Part shown: positions 12,251 through 25,676 of the stretch, piece after piece | How the letters are laid out: each line of letters opens with the position of its first letter | Position numbering within the stretch: position 1 is the first letter of the stretch | NCBI GenBank assembly: GCA_024679065.1 | Contig: JAGIQG010000023.1 | Location: 10,416,001-10,480,000 of the forward strand | Direction of reading: 5' to 3' | Source: Sphyrna mokarran | Taxonomy: Eukaryota | DNA: 64,000 nucleotides | Notes under the pieces: model-generated | What the model was told of the DNA's origin: nothing | Seen by the model: only the letters and a program-made list of their open reading frames with translations | Databases searched by the model: none | Program-made: the position numbers and the translations under genes

Positions 12251-13841
12251 CCATGGTAACGTGTATGTAAAATCTGTAATAAGTGAAGGGAGGTCAGTTT
12301 TTTCCTGATTTGATGTGATTAGCCTCTTGCCCTGTTTGACTGCATCACTGTGACGGGAGACCAGGAGATCACAGGAATTTGATGATCTGATTTAAATGAA
12401 CTTCTGAAGAGGTGAAGTTCATGTTACCCGGATCAGCGGAGAGCTTTTCCCAGGGCCAGAAGTAACTCTCCAACAGCAGCAGGAAGCATCGCTTTGCACT
12501 GACTGCAAACTCCAACCCAACTTCCAGAGCACAGTATTTACAGCCTGTTCCCGGGGAGTGTGTCAAGATGTAAATATACAATAAACACAGCACAATGATG
12601 TGTGGAGTAATGAGTCACAGCCGGCTGCAGTGACACCCAGCAGCTAAAGACTTCAACTGCATTAGAAACACAAACATATTGATTTCTGGAAAGTCTCAGT
12701 GGATCCAATCATTATGTTTCTGGATTTCAATGGGAAATGTCCCATGTTACATTGACAGTCCCTACACCAGGCTGCATCTATATACATTTGAATTTGCACA
12801 TAAATCTTCCTCATTCTTTATATTTCAATTAAGTTCAGACTTTTGATGCATCTCCTCCGTGCCAGGCTGCATTTTTGACCTAACATCTGAACCAGCCTGT
12901 CCTCCACCTTCCCCCACGATCCTTCCCACACCCCGCTGGAGCAGGGCAAGCCCCACCGAAGTAGGTTGTATTGAGGAAGTAGTAGTATTGAGGAACTGCT
13001 GCACTGCTAGATAAGGCGACAAACTGAGGCCTATAGATTGCCACCTCAGGGGCACACCAGAGATCCCATGGCACTATCTCAAGGTAGGGCAGGGGAGTTC
13101 ATCCTCACTAATTCTTATTCTCAATCAACATCACTGAAATAAACAAGCTGGTCATTATCAGACTCCTCTGTGTGATCTTGCTGTGCACAGATAGGCCCCT
13201 GTATTTATCTATTCTAGCACTGATAGATTTTGACATTATTTCATTGGCTGTGTTGGGACGTCTCCATCAGCAGACCCTGCGCAGCAAGGAAACTATAAAC
13301 TTGGTGTACGAAGCATGGCAGCGAAATAGCGAGAGAGGTGATATGTCTGGGGTAATTTGAGAGAAAGGCTTACGGCAGAACATTCCCGATAGGAATTGAT
13401 AGGAAATCCTGCCCTGGGATTCCCGTGGCTTCACTGAGAAATCCCATGGTGGGGCTAGAAGATCCGGCCACCAGCTAATGACAGGAGCCTCCCCGCATGG
13501 GGACGCTAGAGAATCCTGCCCACAGTCTAGTCCAACAAGCTACTCAACTGCATCTAACTGTACCTCCTGAAAGTATCACAACAGCAACAAAGAGCTTCTC
13601 GCCAGTCTCAGCCCTTCCACACTCAGTCACACTGTTGGAGAGTTGGTAACTTTGTGCTGTTAATGGGGTGGCAAAGAGGGCACAAGGGTCTATTCACATC
13701 AGATAACCTGAATTCAGACCACCCCAGCCATGCCTGCGACCACCCAGTGGTCTCTGAGACACCTGCCATCATGTGATCAGAACTCCCAGTCACCTGACGA
13801 AGGAACCGCCTTTTCCGAAAACTTGAGGCTTTTTTAAAAAA

Positions 13842-14049
13842 TTTTTTTGAAACTTTATTCCAATCCAATCAAGTCAAATTAAATCCAATTCAGAGTCCCA
13901 ACAAGTTGAGACATTCCCGATCCAAGCTGACAAGACAGGGCTCTTACCACCTGCCTTGGGCTTGATCTACATGATCGAAGCTGATTGGAGTAGGAGTATC
14001 TCCTCCTCTAAGGCTGGAACTTATTTGCATCTTAGCCAAAAGGCTGAGA
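13842..14049 (-). mobile_element. U2 snRNA-headed short retro-element (SINEU-like), copy 2
   Basis: TCTCAGCCTTTTGGCTAAGAT (20/21 to U2 nt 7-27), shared body gatcaagcccaag...tgtcttgtcagct...gaattgg, then AATAAA and an A-rich end. Interrupts a Penelope fragment. Confidence 0.65.
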
Positions 14050-14549
14050 TGGGGGCTTGAAAAAATTGCTTCAAATGAAGGTGAAATATAACCTAATGAC
14101 TTCAACCAAGCACAGCATGTCAATATTACACTTGCTCTTAGCCTTGCTATAAATAAACTTGTTGATCTTTAAGCTGGTATTGATTTCTTTCTGTTTTACC
14201 CCAGTCCAATGCCAGCATCTCCACATCATGGCCATTGGGCCAGGTTTCCACTCATGGAGATCTATAATCTTTCTCACCGCTTTCACACTGCGTCCAAAGA
14301 CAAGAAGCTTGCGTGCGCTGAGAGTCAAACAGGCTGTGCATATCCAAATGCTGCTATAAATATGCTAATCGTCCCACACCCTTTCTGAGAGTGGTCTGGT
14401 CCATGCCAGTTGAAAGGGGAAGGGAAACTCACAAACTGTTTAGCATCAGACATGGAACAGATTTTTAGGCTCACACATTAGTGCCCAAGATGAGGTCAGA
14501 GTATTACCCCCCACCCCCTCACTGCCCCACAGTAATTCAGAAGTTTAGG

Positions 14550-14850
14550 CTTTAAGTTTATTTATTAGTGTCACAAATAAGGCTTACCATTAACACTGCA
14601 ATGAAATTTCTATGAAAATCTCCTAGCCGCTACACTCCGACACCTATTTGGGTACATTGAGGGAGAATTTAGTACGGCCAATGCAACTAACCAGCAGGCT
14701 TTCAGACTGCGGGAGGAAACCCAAACACCCAGAGGAAACCATGTAGACACGGGGAGAATGTGCAGACTCCACACAGACAGTGACCTAAGCCAGGAATCAA
14801 ACCCAGGTCCTTGGCACTGTATGGCAGTAATGCACTGTGCCACCCAGAGG
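14550..14850 (-). mobile_element. V-SINE with type B tail
   Basis: aagtttatttattagtgtcacaa...gacagtgacctaagccaggaatc. Confidence 0.8.
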
Positions 14851-15252
14851 GACCACAAAATCAAAATGATTACACACAGAATGAGATTATTTATTGCTCA
14901 GGAATTGCTGTGCCATTACAGGTGCAATCTTCCAGAGAAGGCGTGAATCTGAGTTCTGTGCAGTCTGACCTCTCAATGGAACGTAAAATATCTTACAGAA
15001 AGAGGAATCGGGCAATCCTTCCTGCTGTCCTCTCTGCTATAATAGGCTGTGGGAAGTATTCTATTTTTAAAATACATTGACGGAGCAGTTTCCCACACAG
15101 TCAAGTAATTCAGAGTGAAAGTAATGGAGAATTACCAGAGTGATGGAGGGAGGAGGGGCAACCCCAAGCATTGTGAAGCATATCTGCCCTCCAGAGGTAT
15201 AGTAGAGGAATTACACTTTGTGATTAGTGTGGACAGAAGCAGCAACTTATTG

Positions 15253-15942
15253 TAGAATCACTACAGTGCAGAAGGAGGCCATTTGGCCCACTGAGTTTAC
15301 ACCAATCCCCTCCAGGCCTAGTATATCCCCGTAACCCCACATTTACCCTGCTAATCTCTCTGACATTGAGGCGCAACTTACTCATGCCTAATCTCCCGAA
15401 CTTTCACATCTTTGCACACTAATGAGCAATTGACTATGACCAATTAACTTAATCCACTCACTGGCACAATGGTTAGCACTGCTCCTTCAGAGCACCAGGG
15501 ACCTGGGTTCGATTCCTGGTTTGTGTCACTGACTGTGTGAACTCTGCACATTCGACCCCTGTCTGCATGGGTTCCCCCAGGTGCTCAATTTCCTCCCACA
15601 GCTCAAAAATGTGTGGGTTAGGTGGTTTGGCAATGCCAAATTTTCCTTTAGTGTCAGGGAAAATTGCCTAATATAAATAAACAGTGTCATGGGGGGCAAG
15701 GCCTGGGTGGGATTGTGTTCAGTGGAGACTCAATGGACCAAATGGCTTCCTTCTGTACTGTAGGATTCTATAATTCTGTGATCTTTGGACTGTGAGAGGA
15801 AACCGGAGCATCCAGAGGAAACCCATGCAGATGCGGGGAGAACATGCAGACTCCACGCAGATAGTCACCCGAAGCCAGAATTGAACTTGGGGGTCCCTGT
15901 CGCTGTGAGGTAGCAGTGCTAACCATTGTGCCACCGTGCCAC
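15253..15942. mobile_element. Nested HE1 SINEs (plus copy about 15460-15780 inside a minus copy)
   Basis: The minus-strand tail (15253-15455) and head (15780-15942) are split by a full plus-strand copy. Confidence 0.8.
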
Positions 15943-16354
15943 GTGGTAGAGGTACATCAATTTCTATTTAAACCATCCCCCCCACTCTAAGAAATAAAGA
16001 AAGAAATAGGTGTAAGTATATATTACCTTACGCAACAGGCCATTCCAAAGTGTTTTTTAGCCAATAAAGTATTTTTGAAGAGTTGTTATTGCTGGAAACA
16101 CAGCAGCCAATTTATGCAGAGCAAGCTCGCTCCCACAGCAATGTGAAACCATGTCACCTGTTTTTCTGATGTTGATTGATGGAGTGGATGCTTACAAAAT
16201 CTTCCCTGCTCTTCTTCCAATCGAGAGACTTTGACATCCGCCTGAGAAGGCAAACAAGGCCTTAATTCATTGTCATATCTGAAAGATGGCACATCCAACT
16301 CTCCAGATTCTTACATGGGCTAAGAATCAATCTACCTCTGCCCTGAAAACATTT

Positions 16355-16700
16355 AGGGGCAGCACGATGGCACAGTGGTTAGCATTGCTGCCTAACAGCT
16401 CCAGGGACGTGGGTTCAATTCCGGCTCAGATCACTGTCTGTGTGGAGTTTGCACATTCTCCCTGTGTCTGTGTGGGTTTCCTCCAGGTGCTCCAGTTTCC
16501 TCCCATACTCCAAAGATGTGCAATTATGTTGATTGACCATGCAAAATTGTCCCTCAGCATCCTGGGATGTGTAGATTAGAGGGATTAGCTAGGGTAAATG
16601 TGTGGGGTTATGGGGATAGGGCATGGGGTGGCATTGTGCTCAGTGCAGACTTGATGGGCCAAATGGCCTACTTCTGCACTGTAGGATTTCTATGATTCTG
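16355..16700 (+). mobile_element. HE1-type V-SINE (type A tail)
   Basis: Near-consensus full-length copy. Confidence 0.85.
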
Positions 16701-17644
16701 TGACTCCACACCCACCACATTTTGAGGCAGAGTTCCAAAGTCACAAACCCTACCCTCTGCTGAGAGAAAGTAATTCTCCTCATCTTTGTCCTATCAGAAC
16801 AACTGGTAATTTTAAAACATTTCCTCCTAAGTTCTGGACTCAACCACAAGAGGGAAAATCCTTTCAACATTCTGGTGAGGCAAGGGAAAAGAAGGTTATT
16901 GGAGGTCAATGGGGAATGTGGAACTCAAAACACAATCAGATCAGCTGTGATCTTGTTGAATGGTGGAACAAGGGGCTCGAGGGGCTGAATGGCCTACTGC
17001 TCCTAATGCATGTGCTTATATGTTCAAAAGTGTTAAACAACAAACCAAAAACAGCAGCAATATTCTTTATCTCAGGAATGGCAAGTCCAAAACTTGGAAC
17101 TTCAGCATCTTATGGGATCCACAGAAGCATATCGGATCCTGTTTCTGAAAAGGATAATGACCAAGATTAAGGTGTTGGAGACGGGCACTTTGGTAATTAC
17201 TGAACAAACGTTGTCATAAAAAAGTGATTTATTTTGGGATCAAAGCTGAGAAATTCCCGTTGGAAGGTTATTGGATGAATACTATGACTAAACTACATAC
17301 AATTCTTTAATCAAAGTGTTAACCCATGTAAAATAAGTTGATCAATGTTTCTGGAACAGCAGACAAAGCTATTTGTCAATGAATTTTGCCAACATTAACT
17401 TCCAGAACCAAAAGGCTTTTCTGGTGCAGCAAGAAACCACCTCACTCCTCCCCCTGCCCCACCCCCCACAACAACACATTCCTGACACCACAACCCCCCC
17501 CCCCCCCCCACCCACCCCCCACCCCCACCAGTTCCCAGCCATCTCCTACCCAAAAAGAGTTCAGGCAAGCAATGTTTGTGTCTAAACATGATTACTTGGG
17601 AGAGTTTAACTTTTGAGCAGTTGGTTGCAAGTGCATATGATTAT

Positions 17645-18015
17645 GAGGCACAGAGGCACAGTGGTTAGCATTGCTGCCTCACAGTGCCAGGGATCTGGAT
17701 TCGATTCCCGGCTTGGGTCACTGTCTGTGCAGAGTCTGCATATTCTCCCCATGTCTGCATGGGTATCCTCAGGTGCTCTGGTTTCGTTCCACAGTCCGAA
17801 AGATGTGCTAGTTGGCCAAGCTAAATTCTCCCTCAGTTTACCTGAGCAGGCGCCAGAGTGTGACAACTAGGGGATTTTAAAAGAAGAAAGAAAATTACAG
17901 CACCGGAACAGACCCTTCAGCCCTCCGAGCCCACACTGATCATGCTGCCCGACATGGCCAAGAGTAACTTCATTGCAGTGTTAACGTGAGCCTGCTTGAT
18001 ACACTAATAAATAGA
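17645..18015 (+). mobile_element. V-SINE with type B tail, containing a short reverse CR1-tail insertion
   Basis: Head at 17645; tail split at about 17880-17960. Confidence 0.75.
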
Positions 18016-19074
18016 CATTAGAAAACAGGAAAGGAAGGGAGATGTGTTTTCTATATTCCACAAACTCATCATGTTGCAGCAGGTGAACCATCGACTGCCC
18101 CTCTCCTACCAAGCAAGGAGACAAACCAGGCTATGGGTCAATTGATTGAGGACGTTCATATGACCCTGGGATCAGGCATGAGGCAAGCAGAAGTTCCGAC
18201 CCAACAAACCACTGCCCCCTTGTGAAGCAGAAGAGGAGAATCTGCCCCGTGTCCTGCATTACAGCCAGTGTATGTTTCTATTCAATGAGTTCTGCTTATC
18301 CAACCTCTAGTCTTTATGTTCTCCCATTGCTGATTATTTTCGTAACAGGCAGTATTACTACCATAAAAGGACAGTAAATATCTCAGCATTAGACAGGATG
18401 AGGCTCAGGACTGCAAACGGCCTGGATAAAACTTTGCACTGACTGCAGATCATTAAATGTGGGACGGTGGCACAGTGGTTAGCACAGCTGCGTCACAGAG
18501 ACCTGGATTTGATTCCCTGATGGAGTCACGGTCTGTGTCGAGTTTGCACAATCTCCATGTCTGCGGGGGTTTCCTCCCAGAGATGTTAGCTGGATTGGCC
18601 GTGCTAAATTGCCCCTGAGTATCAGGGGGACTAGCTAGGATAAATGCATAGGGTTATGGGAATAAGGATTGTGGTCAGTGCAGTCTCGATGGGCTGAATG
18701 ACCTCCTTCAGCACTGTCGGATTCTCCGATTCTAAAGACTCAGAGAGATTCTCAGCTCTTTACATGAGATTGGAAAGATTGCCCTGTTGTTGTTAGCCCT
18801 TTCTGTCAAACAAATCCATGCTGGAGATTATCTTGGGTATAAATGACTGCGTCCCTTCACTTCCCCTTTTAAGCAATCAGTTCAGTTCAAACTTGCTTTT
18901 GCTGGTTGCATTAGGGTCGAATATAGTTTAGAAGAAGGAATTATTCTACTTGTTTACTTTGCTTTCTTTCTAAAGGGGTATGTCACATGATGTGAAAAGG
19001 GAAGTCTGTGGTGGATTTTTTTTTAACCCAGGCTCAATACTTGCAACAGATTGTGCTAAAATAAACGCCACAGC

Positions 19075-19595
19075 TTCAAGGGAGATTGTCCATGCTATAA
19101 AGGGAGTACAGCAAAGGTTTACCAGGCTGATTCCTGGGATGGCAGCTCTGTCACATGAGGGGAGATTAAGTTGGTTAGGATTATATTCATTTGGAGTTTA
19201 GGAGAGTGAGAGGGGATCTCATTGAATCTTATAAAATTCTAACAAGGTTAGACAGGGTAGATTCAGAAAGAATGATCCTAATGGAGGGAGAGCCTAGAAT
19301 TAGAGGTCGTAGTTTGAGGATAAGGAGTAAAACTTTTTAAACAGAGATGAGGAGAAAGTTATTCATCCAATGGATGGTGAATGTGTGGAATTCACTACCA
19401 CAGAAAGTAGTTGAGACCAAAATGTTGTCTGATTTCAAGAAAAAATTAGTTCTAGCTGTTGGGGCTAAAGGGATCAAGGGATATAGGGGGAAGGTGAGAC
19501 CAGGATATGAATTTGATGATCAGCCATCATCATAATGAACGGTGGGGCAGACTTGAAGGGCCGAATAGCCTATTACATCTATTTTCTATGTTTTT
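19075..19595 (+). mobile_element. CR1 (HER1-like) LINE 3' fragment
   Basis: VQQRFTRLIPGM..LS.E.RL..LGLYS and F.Q..VNVWNSLPQKVV motifs, plus a CR1 tail. Confidence 0.85.
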
Positions 19596-20514
19596 ATGAT
19601 CTTGCACTCCGAACTGTCCATTGTAGCAGTGTCAAAACTGATAACCTCATAGTCACCAGATAAAGGAGAACTGTATCCATCAGTGTGGACTCTGTCAGCC
19701 CAATCCAATGATTTAGCCTTTAATTTGTGAGGCCAACACACATGTAATGGACAGCCACTTGTGAGAGTAAAGTGGTACACTGGGTTTAGTGCCTTTAGGG
19801 AAGTATATTGTTACAGGGAACTAGACATGGCTCCATTAGCCCCAAATCTTGCCCGTTCTTATTATCTGCCATTGTATTGCCTGTTTTTCGTTTTTTTATT
19901 TGTTCATGGGAAAGCGGCTTCGTTGGCTGGACCAGCATTTATTGCCCATCCCTGAGAGTCAAACTCATTGCTTGGTTCTAAAGTCACGTGTAAACCAGAC
20001 CAGGTAAGGATGTCAGATTTCCTTCTCTGGAGAATATTAGCGAACCAGGTAGGTTTTTCTGATAATCAACAATGGTTTCATGGTCATCAGTAAATTCTTA
20101 ATTCCAGAATTTTTTTATTGAATTCAAATTCTACCATGTGCCATGGTGGGGATTGATCTCCAATCCCCAGAACATTCGCTGAGTTTTTTGATTAATAGTC
20201 TAGCAATAATACCATTGGACATTGCAATAGCACTATTTTGCTGTCAGCTCAATGACGCTAGACAATGGTTTCATGGTCACTATTAGATTATTGGCACATT
20301 GGATCTGGTAACATATCCATTGTATTTTTTGTCCAGCATCAGTACCAGGAGGTTAAATGCAAAACAATAGTACCATAATTAATAGAGTGTGTTTCTAATA
20401 CAAGATCCTGGTTATATGTATGTTCTTCTTACATTATTTGTCATTTGATCAATAATCGTACAGCTAACCTTTCTGAAAATATTATCTTCAGATGTTGAGA
20501 AAAGCTTATTAAAT

Positions 20515-20787
20515 AAAAGTTTATTTATTTGTCACAAGTAAGGCTTACATTGACATTGCAGTGAAGTTACTATGAAATTCCCCTAGTCACCATATTCTGG
20601 CACCTGTTTGGGTCAATGTACCTAACCTGCACATCTTTCAGACTGTGGGAGGAAACTGGAGCACCCGGATGGAACCCATGCAGACACGGGGAGAACGTGC
20701 AAACTCTACACAGACAGTGACCCAAGCAAGGAATTGAATATAGGTGCCATAAGAGATCAGTGCTAACCATTGTACCACCATGCTGCT
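20515..20787 (-). mobile_element. V-SINE with type B tail
   Basis: Consensus-like sequence. Confidence 0.8.
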
Positions 20788-21084
20788 TGTGATGTGAGAT
20801 CTAGTTTGGGTCTTTATTCAATGGCATCCTTGAAATACTAAATGGAAAAGTAAGGTATTTCCTACTGGGCAGCTTGATCTGATGTGTTCCATGTCTAGAA
20901 CTTATGGCCACACTCACACTGGGCTCATGCTCACAGAGCAGAGGAACGCAAGCCAATTGCCCTGTGCAGGGTTAGTTGGGTACTGTCACTGTCATTGCGA
21001 ACTTGCTTACAAGTTCATCAAGATGTCCCTAATATAACTTCCCTTTCAGAAAAGAATAAAAGTTTCTCACTATTTTCACTCACA

Positions 21085-21380
21085 TGGCATCATGTTCAAG
21101 GTCCTCCTCCAGGTTGAGCACAAAAATCAAGGCTGACCCTCCTGTACAGTACTGAGGGAGTGCTGCATTGTCAGGAGTGCTGTGGTTAGGAAGACAATGT
21201 GGCCTTACCTGACTGCTCAGGTAAAAGAAGAGAAGGGGAGTTATATCCAGTATCCTAGCCAATATTCACCCTCATTCACCACCACAAAAATCAGACTATT
21301 CTGACCATTTTCCTGTTACTGTTTGGGAGTTGAATTTGAGAGCAAGTTGGCTGTTAGATTTCTGATGTTACAGCAGCGAT
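21085..21380 (+). mobile_element. Deu-domain SINE (SacSINE1-like)
   Basis: tgagcacaaaaatcaaggctgac...cagtactgagggagtgctgcattgtc core. Confidence 0.65.
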
Positions 21381-22499
21381 GACAGTAGTTTTGAGTTTAT
21401 TTGTTAATGCAACATGTAGTCTTTCATTTATACTGCAATGAAGTTAACATCCCCTAGTTGCCACATTCCGGCGCTTGTTTGGGTACACTAAATTGGCCAA
21501 TTTTAGTACGGCCAATGCAAGTAACCAGCACATCTTTCGGACAATCGAAGGAAATCAGAGCACCCAGAGGAAACCCACACACACAGGAGAAAATACAGAC
21601 TCCGCACAGACAGTGACCCAAACTGGCGATCGAACCCAGATCTTTGGTGCTGTAAGGTAGCACTTGTCACTGTGCATTAATTACATTTCTTTCTCTATAT
21701 TTTGGCTGTTTTTTTTCTGACTTGTTTTGTATTGCTCACTGCATTGTGAAACTTCAGCTGCTTTTAGTGCTGGTTAAAAATTAAGCTTCTCCAAACAAAC
21801 TATTGCATTATAGTCCTCGAATGCAGAGCCATCGTGTTTTGAAATCTTTACTCTTCACTTAAAGGTCTTAAGACCATTTTCATTCCACTCTGACGTGTTG
21901 GCTCATTATATTTCCATCTATCAGATAGTATTCAATGTTAAACACTAGTATTTTGCACGTACCTTTTTATCACAGGAACAATTAGGGCAGTACAGATCAC
22001 AGGAAAGTACCGTGGCACAGTGGTTAGCACTGCTGCCTCACAGCAACAGGATCTGGGTTCATTTCCAGGTTTGGGTCATTGTCTGTGTGGAATGTGCACG
22101 TTCTTCCTGTGTTTGGGTCAGTTTCCTCTGGTGCTCCAATCTCACCCCACAGTCCAAAGGTTAGATGAATTGGTCATGATAAGTTCTCCCTCAGTGTATC
22201 CAAACAGGTGCTGGTGGCTAGGGAATTCTCACAATAACTTCATTGCAGTCTTTATGTAAGGCTACTTGTAATAAATAAACTTTACCTTTTAGCATATCTT
22301 CTTCTGCTAAGTATTAGATTTGCAACGTGATAGCTTTCTTATCGATTGTGAAGGAGCACTATTATTTAATAGAGCTTAACATTCCCTTGTTTTACTTCAC
22401 TCTCTGAATATAGATGTCTCTGGCAAGATCAGCAATTACTGAGTAGCCCTAATTGCCCTTGAGATGGTGGTGGCTGCATTACTCACTTCAAAAAGCAAT

Positions 22500-22820
22500 T
22501 GGGAGGTGATGGTTTAGTGGGATTATCATAAAACTATTAATCCAGAAACTCAGCAAATGTTCTGGGGACCCAGGTTCATATCTCGCCAGGGCAGATGATG
22601 GAAATAGAATTCAATTTAAAAAAATCTGGAATTAAGAATCTACTGATGACCATGAAACCATTGTCGATTGTCAAAAAAACTCATCTTGTTCACTTATGCC
22701 CTTTAGGGAAGGAAATCTGCCGTCCTTACCGGGTCAGGTCTACATGTGACTTCAGAGCCACAGCAATGTGTTTATCTCTCACTACATTCCAAAGGCAAGC
22801 AGGAATGGACAATCTCCCAT
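22500..22820 (+). mobile_element. Second tRNA-derived SINE family (gggaggtgatgg..agtgg head)
   Basis: A/B-box-like head and body ggaattaagaatctactgatgaccatgaaacc. Reverse copies at about 19900-20220 and 41530-41790. Confidence 0.6.
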
Positions 22821-22934
22821 GAATGAAGTGCCACTGTGCTGCCCATATGTGTTTCAGTGTCAAGATTTGCCTGACTACACCCCGGGAAGCACCTTGGAAC
22901 ATTTCACAATATTAAAAACACTAGGTTAAAGCAA

Positions 22935-23098
22935 GTAAAAACAGGGAATGCTGGAAAATCTCGACAGATCTGACAGCATCTGTGGAGAGAAAAAATAGAG
23001 CCAATTCTCTCTCTGCAGATGCTGTCAGACCTGCTGAGATTTTCCAGCATTCCCTGTTTTTGTTTCAGATTCCAGCATCTGCAGTATTTTGCTTTTAT
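22935..23098. mobile_element. Fold-back element, second family (probably Penelope-derived)
   Basis: aatgctggaaaatctc...tctgacagcatctgtggagaga paired with tctctctgcagatgctgtcaga...gagattttccagcatt. Related pieces at about 26800-27175, 42925-43180 and 50092-50200. Confidence 0.6.
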
Positions 23099-23554
23099 GG
23101 AAAAACAAACTGTTGCTTTCCTGCTATAAATTTGCGAAGGAATGACAACTATACTTCCTCGATTCCTTTTATTTCTGTTACAGGTTTGGCTGACACTGAT
23201 CTTTTCCTGAGACAACAACATACTGATACTTGAGTCAGCAATTTTAAAAAACATTTGGAATTTTACTTAAAGTTAAATTGGCTTCAATTTAAACCTAACC
23301 TGACGGATGTATGGCCGGAAAGAGAGGAAAAAAAAATCAACAACTTTTACTCTGAAGAATTTTCACTTTGATTACACTCAGTACACGATAAGACACACTT
23401 AACAGCGCTAGCATCTGACCTGCCCATTGTAGCAAAAACAATGTGAACATTTTTCGCCATCTCAAAAGAAAGTTAATGAACAGGTCTAAAGAAAATAGCA
23501 CACTATGGACATTGTTCAATACATATTTAGGAGGGGTATCAACTTAGCATATCA

Positions 23555-23870
23555 CAGTAGCACAGTGGTTAGCACTGCTGCTTCACAGCTCTAGGGTCCT
23601 GGGTTCGATTCCCAGCTCGGGTCACTGTCTGTGTGGAGTTTGCACATTCTCCTCATGTTTGTGTGGGTTTCCCCTGGATGCTCTGGTTTCCTTCCACAGT
23701 CCAAAGATGTGCAAGTTAGGTTGATTGGCCATGCTAAGAAACAGTGTTCATGGAAGTGTAGGTTCAAGGGATAAATGGGTATAATATGTGGTGGTAGGGC
23801 CTGGGTGGGATTGTGTTTGGCGCAAATTCGATGGGCCAAAGGACCTCTTTCTGCATTGTAGGATTCTATG
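23555..23870 (+). mobile_element. HE1-type V-SINE (type A tail)
   Basis: Consensus-like sequence. Confidence 0.85.
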
Positions 23871-25227
23871 AATTTTAGGCATAAGATAGTTGAATGAAAG
23901 CATGGTAACAAAGTACAAATAGAAGTGGCCATCAATATTAATGTAATCTTAGCTTCACAAAATCTACAATTTGCCCTTTGGAGCAAATGCCTGAATTTAA
24001 GAAATGATATAAAGTGTTGGTGTTACTATTTTATCCTTTACTCTTTCATAGCATGTGGGCATTGTTGATCAGGCCAACTTTTCTTGCCTATGCCTAATTG
24101 CCCTTGAGCTGAGTGGCTGTTGAATGTCAAGCTCATTGCTGTGGATCTGGAATCACGTGTAGGCCAGGCTGGGAAGGTCTAGGACCTGAAGCCATAGCCT
24201 CAGATTAAATGAACAACCCTTTAGAACTGAGATGAGGAGGAGGAATTTCTTCAGAGTGTAGTGAATCAGAGGAATTCATTGCCAGAGAAGGCCGTGGAGA
24301 CCAGGTCATTGAGTGCATTTAAGTGGTAAAGCACTCATGGGTTATGGGGAAAAAATGGGAGAATGGGGTTGGAAAAGATATCAGCCATGATTGAATGGCA
24401 CAGCAGATTCAATAGACTGAATTGCCTAATTCTGCTCTTATATCTTATAGAATTGTGGTAGATGGTAGTTTTCTTTCCTTAAAGTGTATTAATGAACAAA
24501 ATGGGTTTTTTAGAATGATCATAGTCATCATTTTTAATTTCTTTTGGTTAAATTTAAAATTCACCATCTTTCATGATGGGATTTGATTCATGTCATTAGC
24601 CTGGAATATTTATACCAGTAACATTACCCCAATATGCCACCATCTTCCCTACTGGCATCCATGCTTCTTAAAGCAGCTATACTTATTCTGGATCATATTA
24701 ACGTCCTTCGATATTTTGTTATTAAGCAGAATTTGTTTTTGTTCAATTAAGTGGGGGTGGCATGAAATGGTTAGCAGGGGAAGGCCTGGCTTTGATGCTC
24801 TTTTCGATAATCAGTGCAGACTTGATAGGTGGGATTTTATGCCTTCGCTCGTTCCGAAACCGTAAGATCTCGCCCAAGATCAATGGGCCTTTCCATTGAG
24901 CACCCCTCGCCTGTTCTGATTCCCGTGGGTGGGTGGACCGGTAAAATTCCAGCCAAAGAGTCCAAAAAGTCAAAGCCCAGGCGTTGTTTCCTTTGTGGCT
25001 GAGTTCAATCTTGATGAATGTCTGGATTGAGGTGACAAGGTGAAAATCTCTGAAATGAACCAGTGCTCTAACTCAGTGAACTTTCTGTGGGTTGATCAGA
25101 GGCTTTGAAAATTAGATGAATTGAGAGGTGGTAACTGACAGCTTGCTCAGCCAGATTGCTAGATTCTTTTCCAGTTGATGTTAAAATAATTCTCTGCCTG
25201 AAATGCCCAAAGATGCAATACTAAAAC

Positions 25228-25676
25228 TGTCAAGAGGTCAGAGGCTTGAGTTATAGGACATGACCCATTAATGGCTAATTGCAACTTAACAATCAGTTTC
25301 TATACTTGCAGCCAGGATTCCATTCCTTAGGAGTGAGAGGAGATGACTATGGGTTTTGTGATAGTTTTGAGATAGTTCCAGTTTAGAATCCAAACCATCT
25401 GCACTCCCTCTGCTTCCATTGATTGCAAGACTTATGTGCAATGAGGTATGAGATTTTATAAGTGGAATGAAGAATTATTTTGTTGTGGTAACTCAAGATG
25501 ACAACTCCCAGAACAAAGGGTCAGTCCTGGGATCATGTGATTTGTGGCAGCCATCTATGTTTGACTCAGCAGCAAGCCCATTGTTTTAAACATGGCAGCA
25601 CAATAAAGTTTTGAATTTATTTTCATGTCATATGGACCCCTCAGTGACTAATTTATTCACGAATTAGGTGTTGACA
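25228..25676 (+). mobile_element. Candidate solo LTR
   Basis: TGTCAA...TTGACA inverted termini, 449 bp, AATAAA about 70 bp before the end. No target-site duplication seen. Confidence 0.35.

Noticed and set aside
16355-16430. tRNA-like sequences with A and B boxes
   Set aside because: They are SINE heads continuing into V-domain bodies, not stand-alone tRNA genes.
17373-17616. Proline- or glycine-rich ORFs
   Set aside because: Artefacts of a poly-C low-complexity tract.
19586-19780. Minus-strand ORF with a DYEVI tyrosine motif resembling a receptor tail
   Set aside because: No convincing splice sites, it runs into a CR1 tail, and no matching TM or Ig exon was found on that strand.
23183-23233. 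Strong acceptor (ttttatttctgttacAG) as the last exon of an upstream paralogue
   Set aside because: No upstream leader, Ig or TM exons were found to connect it to.
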